Below, one piece after another: positions 25,373 through 32,000 of a stretch of DNA of 32,000 bases. Within the stretch, counting starts at the first letter, position 1. The number at the start of each line of letters is the position of its first letter. The stretch covers positions 1,380,001 through 1,412,000 of the forward strand of contig NZ_CP047960.1 in the NCBI RefSeq assembly GCF_014280195.1, given 5' to 3'. Source of the DNA: Synechococcus sp. A15-24 (GTDB lineage: Bacteria; Cyanobacteriota; Cyanobacteriia; PCC-6307; Cyanobiaceae). Below the pieces are notes generated by a model. That model was not told where the DNA came from. It saw nothing but the letters and a program-made list of their open reading frames with translations, and made no database searches. A program made the translations under genes and the position numbers.

Positions 25373-27337
25373 TCAACCCTGTGGGACGTAGGCCGTCAGC
25401 TTCCACTGATCTGCGTCACGACCCAGGATGTAGGTGACCGTAAGGTTGCCCGGCTCAGTGCGATCCACCACAGTGCCGGATCGATCAGTGGTGCTGTCGC
25501 TGTAAGCCACCTGGGCCTGCAATTCGATGCGACGCGGCTGTCGGCTGACGACATCAAGGGATGTCACCGAGGCCTTGACAACTGTGGTGGTGCCCGCGGC
25601 AACGGCCGCAGCCCGCTCCTGATCCACCCGATCGATCAAATGCTGCCGCGCCACCACAGGAAGCTGAGAGGGCTGGCCCTGGAGAGCCTGGGCCTTGCTG
25701 TCAAGCCAACCCTGAACCAGCATCCGCAGTTGAGCGTCATCGGGCGCATCACTGAGCAGTGGTTGCAGCTGAGCTGCAACTTTGGACGCCTCCGGTTGAA
25801 GGATCGCTTTCGGTTTCAGGGTTGCTGAATCCTGCGCCGACGACTTGGGCTCAACGGCGTCCTGACGATCCGGCTCGGGTTGCAAGACCACCGGAGCCGT
25901 CTCCCGCGGGCGCAGCGTCACAGCAGCGGCCAAAGCGGCCAACAAGCCCACCACCACTGACGCCACCACCCATCTGAGACGGTTGGGCAACCTTTCAAAG
26001 GCCGTGTCGGAGGACGAAGCCTCCTCAACCGGCAATTGGTCGTCGTCCAACGCCGTTTCATGCAGCGTGCTGGCATCAGCCGACAGCACAGAGCTCAATC
26101 CAGCCCCTGTCACGGTTGCAGCAGAGCCAACAAGACGGGCCGACTGGCGATCGATGCGATCGACATAGGCCTGCACATCACGGTCTGCGAACCAGGCGTC
26201 GAGGTCAACGCCGGCGGCATCGACATCCCGATAACCGGGGAGCACATCCCGTTCAAGCCAGACCCTGCAGTACTCGCACTGGGCCGCAAGATGATCGCCG
26301 GGATGCTCCGCCAGCCAGCGCAGGAGCTCCTCGTCACGGATGGCACTGAAGTGCAGCGAGGCCTCCGCAACATTGCCCAACAACAGATCAAGACAGCCCA
26401 GCAGCGGCATCGGATCCAGATCGGATGCCCCCAACCGCTGCAGCTGTTCGCGGGCCTGCTCGAGGAACTCAGGCTTCCGTCGTGAATAGCCCGCAGCTGC
26501 CAGGGCAAAGACCGCCAGACAACCGGCTTCGCTGGAGCCCTCCGCGAACCAACCACGGAACAGATCGACCTGCTCCTGCAGCGTTAGAAAGCGGCGGATC
26601 TGCTGGAAAAACGATTCGAAATCAGCCTGCCCCATGGCAGCTGGGGCATCGGAATCCAGTCCCTCAGGATCCAAACCACCCCGATCGCGCACCAGTTGAT
26701 CCAACAGGGAGATTCCCTGCTGGCGGGCTTCGGCATCGGATAGATCCCGGCTCAGCAGATCCAACACCCGATAGGGCAGCAGGTCATCCAGCTCCAGCTG
26801 AAGGCGGGCCTGCTGATCCGGCAACTTGCCTATTCTCTGCTGCAGTTCGATGCCGTCCCGCAGCAGTTGTGCAGCGGACTCGTAACGCCGCTGCTGCTGC
26901 TCATCCCGGGCCGCGTCGCGGCAGGCGAGGGCTGCCAGCAGCGTGAGGTCGGCTTCACGGCCACTGCCAAGGGCTGGCGCCTGAGGCGGCTGCAAACCCT
27001 GCCGGGAGAGTTGGAACGCTTCCAAGGCCGCTCCTGCCTCCCACAGCAGGATCAATCCAGCCACTTCGCTGCTGGCAGCGAGATCGAGGCCGACGGTTTC
27101 ATTGGGATGGATCGAGCTCAACGACAGCAGCGCTGCCTCGTAGTCAGCCCTTTCACTCGGATCCGTCAGCAGATCAGCTGATCGACGCAACAGCGCCTGC
27201 CGCTGCAGCAGTCCCTCATGGGTGAAGCCATCGTCCGGCGGACTGTCACTGCGGGTCTGAAGACGCCGCAGGATGGAGGCTGGATCGGCGGAGGGACTGA
27301 CACCCAGCAGCCGGAAATGATCGATGGGCAGATCCAA
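25373..27337 (-). CDS. ftn2: Ftn2/ARC6-type cell-division protein (J-like domain plus DUF4101)
   Basis: N-terminal J-like motif [16 protein letters not shown]...ADYEAALL, a single TM near residue 465 ([18 protein letters not shown]) and an NTF2-like C-terminal end (...[16 protein letters not shown]). The apparent start is TTG at 27335-27337. Confidence 0.8.
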   Translation of the reverse strand: MDLPIDHFRLLGVSPSADPASILRRLQTRSDSPPDDGFTHEGLLQRQALLRRSADLLTDPSERADYEAALLSLSSIHPNETVGLDLAASSEVAGLILLWEAGAALEAFQLSRQGLQPPQAPALGSGREADLTLLAALACRDAARDEQQQRRYESAAQLLRDGIELQQRIGKLPDQQARLQLELDDLLPYRVLDLLSRDLSDAEARQQGISLLDQLVRDRGGLDPEGLDSDAPAAMGQADFESFFQQIRRFLTLQEQVDLFRGWFAEGSSEAGCLAVFALAAAGYSRRKPEFLEQAREQLQRLGASDLDPMPLLGCLDLLLGNVAEASLHFSAIRDEELLRWLAEHPGDHLAAQCEYCRVWLERDVLPGYRDVDAAGVDLDAWFADRDVQAYVDRIDRQSARLVGSAATVTGAGLSSVLSADASTLHETALDDDQLPVEEASSSDTAFERLPNRLRWVVASVVVGLLAALAAAVTLRPRETAPVVLQPEPDRQDAVEPKSSAQDSATLKPKAILQPEASKVAAQLQPLLSDAPDDAQLRMLVQGWLDSKAQALQGQPSQLPVVARQHLIDRVDQERAAAVAAGTTTVVKASVTSLDVVSRQPRRIELQAQVAYSDSTTDRSGTVVDRTEPGNLTVTYILGRDADQWKLTAYVPQG

Positions 27338-27438
27338 CGTCCACAGGTCCCCAAAGGGCGAACTTTAGTCAGTGTCAGGGATTTTGCCCATCGCACAACG
27401 GCTGGCCCTTACAGTCACCCCCATTGATTAGGACGGTC

Positions 27439-28524
27439 ATGGGTCAGGACCTTGCGGTCGACACCGCCCCCATCGGCAGCGCAGCCGCTGGTCCCCACGC
27501 CGAACGCCTGTCCAACCTCGTCACAGCCCAGCGGGCCACTGTCGACCGGGAGACGGGGCTGGAGCTGTTCCGCGACATGACCCTCGGCCGTCGCTTCGAG
27601 GACAAGTGCGCGGAAATGTATTACCGCGGCAAGATGTTTGGCTTCGTTCACCTTTACAACGGCCAGGAGGCCGTGAGCACCGGGGTGATCGGCGCCATGA
27701 AGCGCCAGCACGATTGGTTTTGCAGCACCTATCGAGACCACGTGCACGCCCTGAGCGCCGGTGTTCCAGCGCGGGAGGTGATGAGTGAGCTGTTCGGCAA
27801 GGAAACAGGCTGCAGCAAGGGGCGGGGTGGTTCCATGCACCTCTTCTCCAAGGAGCACCACCTGCTGGGGGGCTTCGCCTTCATCGCAGAGGGCATCCCC
27901 GTTGCTCTGGGGTCAGCCTTCACCAGCCGCTACAAGCGTGATGCCCTGGGGGACGCCTCCAGCAACGCCGTCACAGCAGCGTTCTTCGGTGATGGCACCT
28001 GCAACAATGGCCAATTCTTCGAGTGCATGAACATGGCGCAACTGTGGAAGCTGCCGATCCTGTTCGTGGTGGAAAACAACAAGTGGGCCATCGGCATGGC
28101 CCATGACCGTGCCACCAGTGATCCGGAGATCTGGCGCAAAGCAGCGTCGTTCGGCATGGCCGGCGAAGAGGTGGACGGCATGGACGTGCTAGCGGTCCGC
28201 GCCGCGGCCCAACGAGCCGTGGAACGGGCGCGCGCAGGGGAAGGTCCCACCCTGCTGGAGTGCCTGACCTATCGATTCCGTGGTCACTCACTTGCAGACC
28301 CGGATGAACTCCGCGCTGAACAGGAGAAACAGTTCTGGGCCGAGCGCGACCCGATTAAGGCTCTTGAGCGCGATCTCTGCGAGGCCAATCTGGTGAGCAG
28401 CGACGAACTGCGAAGCATCGAGAAAGAGATCGATGCCATCGTTCAGGACTGTGTGGAGTTCGCCCTCTCGGCTCCTGAGCCCGATCCAACGGAGCTCACC
28501 CGCTACATCTGGGCTGAAGACTGA
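27439..28524 (+). CDS. pdhA: Pyruvate dehydrogenase E1 component alpha subunit
   Basis: Contains [19 protein letters not shown]-like (GRGGSMHLF), the TPP motif [12 protein letters not shown]...NNKWAIG and [12 protein letters not shown] chose the ATG at 27439 (the track uses the TTG at 27424). Confidence 0.9.
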   Translation: MGQDLAVDTAPIGSAAAGPHAERLSNLVTAQRATVDRETGLELFRDMTLGRRFEDKCAEMYYRGKMFGFVHLYNGQEAVSTGVIGAMKRQHDWFCSTYRDHVHALSAGVPAREVMSELFGKETGCSKGRGGSMHLFSKEHHLLGGFAFIAEGIPVALGSAFTSRYKRDALGDASSNAVTAAFFGDGTCNNGQFFECMNMAQLWKLPILFVVENNKWAIGMAHDRATSDPEIWRKAASFGMAGEEVDGMDVLAVRAAAQRAVERARAGEGPTLLECLTYRFRGHSLADPDELRAEQEKQFWAERDPIKALERDLCEANLVSSDELRSIEKEIDAIVQDCVEFALSAPEPDPTELTRYIWAED

Positions 28525-28543
28525 CCCAGATCCGTCCGACTGC

Positions 28544-29485
28544 TCAGATTCCGCTGGGCAGCCGACGGGTCAGGTTGCGCAACTTGCGCAATGCCTTGAG
28601 CTCCACCTGACGGACACGCTCTCGAGAGACGTCCATCAGCCTCCCGATTTCAGCCAGGGTGTGACGCTCGTTGCCTTCGAGTCCAAAGCGAAGCTTGAGC
28701 ACATGCTGCTCCTGCTCGCTGAGGTGACTGAGCCAGCGTCCGAGCTGTTCATGATGGATGCGTTGCTCAACGATGTCGAGCGGCTCATCTAGGGAAGAGT
28801 CGGCAATCAGGTCACCCAGGAAACTGCGGCCTTCCTCGCCATTCACAGGGGCGTCGAGACTGCTCGTGGTGAGAGCCTGCCTCAGGAGTGAGTCGAGCTC
28901 ATCGAGGGGAATGTCCATCGCTTCTGCGATTTCCACCCGGCTGGGCATCGCACCAAGCTTGTGAGCCAGATCAAGACTCACCTTGCGAATCGTGGTGAGG
29001 CGCTCGCTGAGGTGAACCGGAAGCCTGATGGTGCGGGACTGACAGGCGATGGCACGGGTCATGCTCTGGCGGATCCACCAGAAGGCGTACGTGGAAAATT
29101 TGTATCCGCGGGTGGGGTCAAACTTCTCAACAGCACGCTCGAGGCCTAAAGATCCTTCCTGGATCAGATCCAGCAGTTCCAGACCTTTTCCTTGATATTT
29201 CTTGGCAACACTCACAACCAGGCGAAGGTTGGCCTTCATCATTCGTTCTTTCGCCCGTCGACCGATGCGGAGCATCCGCCGCTGCTTCCCCGTCAGCTCG
29301 TGGTCTTCGAAAGTTTTAGAACCGTCTTCGGTCAGGGTCATCATCGCCTGGACCTGATTGCCCAGTTCGATTTCTTCTGCCGGGGTAAGCAGAGGAATTC
29401 GGCCGATCGTGGTCAAATACCAACTAACAGGATCGCTACTGCGGCGGCGCTGAGAGTCGATGGGTTTCTGAGATGTTGAAACCAT
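28544..29485 (-). CDS. Group-2 sigma-70 family RNA polymerase sigma factor
   Basis: 313 aa. Region 2 is DLIQEGSLGLERAVEKFDPTRGYKFSTYAFWWIRQ. Region 4 is TLAEIGRLMDVSRERVRQVELKALRKLR. It is too short to be the primary sigma factor. Confidence 0.9.
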   Translation of the reverse strand: MVSTSQKPIDSQRRRSSDPVSWYLTTIGRIPLLTPAEEIELGNQVQAMMTLTEDGSKTFEDHELTGKQRRMLRIGRRAKERMMKANLRLVVSVAKKYQGKGLELLDLIQEGSLGLERAVEKFDPTRGYKFSTYAFWWIRQSMTRAIACQSRTIRLPVHLSERLTTIRKVSLDLAHKLGAMPSRVEIAEAMDIPLDELDSLLRQALTTSSLDAPVNGEEGRSFLGDLIADSSLDEPLDIVEQRIHHEQLGRWLSHLSEQEQHVLKLRFGLEGNERHTLAEIGRLMDVSRERVRQVELKALRKLRNLTRRLPSGI

Positions 29486-29811
29486 TGCGTGTCCTCCGCC
29501 GTGGTGTGAGAACTTTCTTATGAAGATCCAAAAAACAGAAGTGTTTTCAGCAACCTTTCAGATTTGTGCGAGCAAATCGAAACACTTCAGAATTTCCTCG
29601 CATTTGATTCAATAACGCTCGATTTGGACCAATGTCCCCTAACCAATTTTTCATATCGAAACCGTCATAAAACAAAATTGCCTCCAACACAATTGTCCCG
29701 AAAACGTGACATCAATTCTGCGGTTCAGCTGGAACTTGGGCGATCGGCTCGACCAAACCCAATCGACGCCGCTTCACGACCCCACACACTGGAGGAAGGT
29801 CAACACCGTCG

Positions 29812-31002
29812 ATGAACAGCGCCACCAGCTCAACTGATCGCCTTCCCACTGCAGCAGGAGACGCAGCATTGCAGCGGCTGCGGACTTGGCCGGTAGAGCA
29901 CCGCGTTGCCGTTGGTCTGTCCGGTGGAGTGGACAGTTCCCTGACCGCGGCACTGTTGGTCGAAGCGGGCTGGGAGGTAGAGGGCCTCACGCTTTGGTTG
30001 ATGAGTGGTAAGGGCGCCTGTTGCGCTGAAGGCCTTGTGGATGCAGCCGGAATTTGCGAACAGCTCGGCATTCCCCATCACGTGGTGGACACCCGGGACA
30101 CCTTTCAAAAGGAAATCGTGCAGCGGCTGGTGGACGGCTACCGCGACGGCATCACGCCCTTGCCCTGCTCCCAGTGCAACCGTTCGGTGAAGTTCGGGCC
30201 GATGCTCGACTGGGCCGCCGAGGAACGGGGGCTGCCCCGGATTGCCACAGGCCATTACGCCAGGATCCGCCATGGCGGTGACCAAGGCCGGCATCAGTTG
30301 TTGCGAGGGCTCGACAGTCGCAAAGACCAGAGCTATTTCCTCTACGACCTGCCCCAGGAGGTGCTGGGACGGATCGTGTTCCCCCTTGGCGAACTCACCA
30401 AAGCCGACACCAGACTGGAAGCAGCTCGACACGGCCTGCGCACCGCGGAGAAACCGGAAAGCCAGGATCTCTGCCTTGCGGATCACCATGGCTCCATGCG
30501 GGCGTTTCTCGACGCCTATCTGCCTCCACGACAAGGCGAGATCGTGCTGAGTGACGGCACGGTGGTTGGTGAGCATGACGGCATCGAGCACTTCACCATC
30601 GGTCAACGCAAGGGGCTGGGGGTGGCCTGGCGGGAACCGCTCCACGTGATCCGGCTCGACCCCGCCATGAATCAGGTGGTGGTGGCGCCCCGGGCGGAGG
30701 CGGGGCAACGCAGCTGTGTGGTGGGGGCAATCAATTGGGTCTCCATCGCACCGCTCCAGCAGCCGCTGGAGCTGGAGGTTCAGATGCGCTATCGCAGTGA
30801 GCCGGTTGCAGCACAACTCACCCCGATTCCCCACACACCAGAGGATGAAGCGCTCCAGCGGCCTCACCGCTGCCGGCTGCAATTCCTCGATGATCAGTTC
30901 TCCATCACACCCGGACAGGCCGCCGTCTTCTACAGAGGAGAAACGGTGTTGGGTGGAGGGCTGATTCAGCGGGACGACCAGGCCCAGACCAACCGCGAAT
31001 AA
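29812..31002 (+). CDS. mnmA: tRNA-specific 2-thiouridylase
   Basis: PP-loop [12 protein letters not shown], then CSQCN, ATGHYAR and DQSYFL motifs. 396 aa. Confidence 0.9.
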   Translation: MNSATSSTDRLPTAAGDAALQRLRTWPVEHRVAVGLSGGVDSSLTAALLVEAGWEVEGLTLWLMSGKGACCAEGLVDAAGICEQLGIPHHVVDTRDTFQKEIVQRLVDGYRDGITPLPCSQCNRSVKFGPMLDWAAEERGLPRIATGHYARIRHGGDQGRHQLLRGLDSRKDQSYFLYDLPQEVLGRIVFPLGELTKADTRLEAARHGLRTAEKPESQDLCLADHHGSMRAFLDAYLPPRQGEIVLSDGTVVGEHDGIEHFTIGQRKGLGVAWREPLHVIRLDPAMNQVVVAPRAEAGQRSCVVGAINWVSIAPLQQPLELEVQMRYRSEPVAAQLTPIPHTPEDEALQRPHRCRLQFLDDQFSITPGQAAVFYRGETVLGGGLIQRDDQAQTNRE

Positions 31003-32000
31003 CCCGTCAGCTGTTGCCTCCGTAGGAGCTCAGCCGCCGCGATAGCGTCGGTTTGCGGCTCCAACAACAGCTGCACGGTTCCATCCGCCGACACCAGGGC
31101 CGTCGGCCCGGTGTTTGCAACACTCAACACATCGCGACCGGTTTCGATGGCCCGCAGCTGAGCCAGGGCCAGGAATTGCCGTTGCAACAGCTGGGGGTAA
31201 GGATCGAGATTGGCAATCGTCAACAACCACTCCGCCCCCTGTGCCGTCGCCTTGGCCAAAGCCCGTCCATTGCTGATCTCGTAGCAGATCGCCACAGCAA
31301 TAGGTGATGGCCAGGTATTCGCAAAACGAGAGGCATCTCCCGGCTGGAGCCCCCCCACCGCCGACAACCCCCGGGTGAAGCCTGCCGGCAGCGGTGGCAA
31401 CCACTCACCGAGCGGCACCAGGCGATGCTTGTCCACGAGGGGCTCTACCCCCGCACGATCGGGCCTTGCCAGCAACACACTGCTTCGCTGCTGCCCCCGA
31501 ACCCAGCGAAAGCCTCCGCTGATCAACGGCAAGGGCAAACCGTCCTCATCAGGCTGCCAGTGGGACGGCAGGGTTCCCTCCGGCGCTACCAACGCCTCCA
31601 CCTTCAGAGCCTGAGCCTGTTTCAAGGCCGAGGACAGCGCCGACTGGAAGCGCCGCTGACGCTCCGGGCTGAATTTTTCACGGGTGGGAATCGCCGGCTG
31701 CCAGGCACCAAGTCGCAGGGCAGCGAGGGCGGGCGGTGGACTCAAACTGAGTGCCCCCACGGCATGGGCCAGCAGAAGGGAGATTAACCACCCGGCGCAG
31801 CGTCGCCCCCGACGGCGCCAGAGCTGCCAGAGCCCCCAACCCCAGAGCAGCTGGAGCGTGGCCAGTCCGCCACTGCCCAGCCAGCGGCCCAGGCCAGCCA
31901 GGGGGCGATCCAGGGGCAGCACGCTGCCTCCAACACCGATCCAGAACAACGGAGACCCCTCAAGCAGCAACTCGGCTGCTCCCCAGACCAAAGCCAAAAT
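30966..32000 (-). CDS. lnt: Apolipoprotein N-acyltransferase (C-terminal part; the N-terminus lies beyond the right edge)
   Basis: CN-hydrolase domain with [11 protein letters not shown] (catalytic Cys context), with TM segments toward the window edge. The ORF is still open at 32000. It overlaps the mnmA 3' end by 37 nt (convergent). Confidence 0.8.
   Translation of the reverse strand: MLALVWGAAELLLEGSPLFWIGVGGSVLPLDRPLAGLGRWLGSGGLATLQLLWGWGLWQLWRRRGRRCAGWLISLLLAHAVGALSLSPPPALAALRLGAWQPAIPTREKFSPERQRRFQSALSSALKQAQALKVEALVAPEGTLPSHWQPDEDGLPLPLISGGFRWVRGQQRSSVLLARPDRAGVEPLVDKHRLVPLGEWLPPLPAGFTRGLSAVGGLQPGDASRFANTWPSPIAVAICYEISNGRALAKATAQGAEWLLTIANLDPYPQLLQRQFLALAQLRAIETGRDVLSVANTGPTALVSADGTVQLLLEPQTDAIAAAELLRRQQLTGYSRLVWAWSSR

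Noticed and set aside
29564-29815. 83-aa TTG-initiated ORF ending in an ATGA overlap with mnmA
   Set aside because: It has AT-rich, non-core codon composition and a basic, low-complexity product with no ATG start. It is more likely a regulatory spacer than a gene.
1-32000. Search for tRNA, rRNA, tmRNA, transposase, integrase, phage, toxin-antitoxin or known defence-system genes
   Set aside because: I recognised none by eye on either strand. Small structured RNAs cannot be excluded without covariance-model scans (tRNAscan-SE, Infernal/Rfam).

Overview
This is a 32-kb, high-GC bacterial chromosome segment (about 67% GC in one hand-counted core line). Its gene content includes an Ftn2/ARC6-type division protein, a CpcS-family bilin-lyase-like protein, DUF1517 and DUF3611 proteins, a long-form ThiE and a group-2 sigma factor. 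From this I infer a marine Synechococcus-type picocyanobacterium. Most of the window is tightly packed housekeeping genes, many with overlapping stop and start codons: cobL, nadK, pheS, surE, ribF, thiE-thiS, larB, trmD/ispF, era, phoH, rpsP, ffh, ftn2, pdhA, mnmA and a partial lnt. I recognised no rRNA, tRNA, CRISPR array, transposase or integrase. The only clearly accessory part is the left ~2.4 kb. There, three same-orientation copies of an intergenic repeat separate three single-gene cassettes: a DUF1330 protein, an AT-rich RTX-like gene and a membrane-anchored unknown. Next to this islet lie a short AraC-type regulator and a GH116 / small ORF / sulfotransferase cluster. I did not find a convincing self-contained novel multi-gene system such as a defence, toxin or biosynthetic cluster. 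The best leads are: (i) the repeat-delimited cassette islet; (ii) an in-frame TrmD-IspF fusion ORF inside a six-gene translationally coupled operon that also carries PhyH-like, CpcS-like and LarB genes; (iii) two accessory genes each broken by a single in-frame TAG; (iv) an OmpR-type regulator with a degenerate receiver domain; (v) two short unlisted ORFs. All family assignments come from by-eye motif recognition, not database searches.
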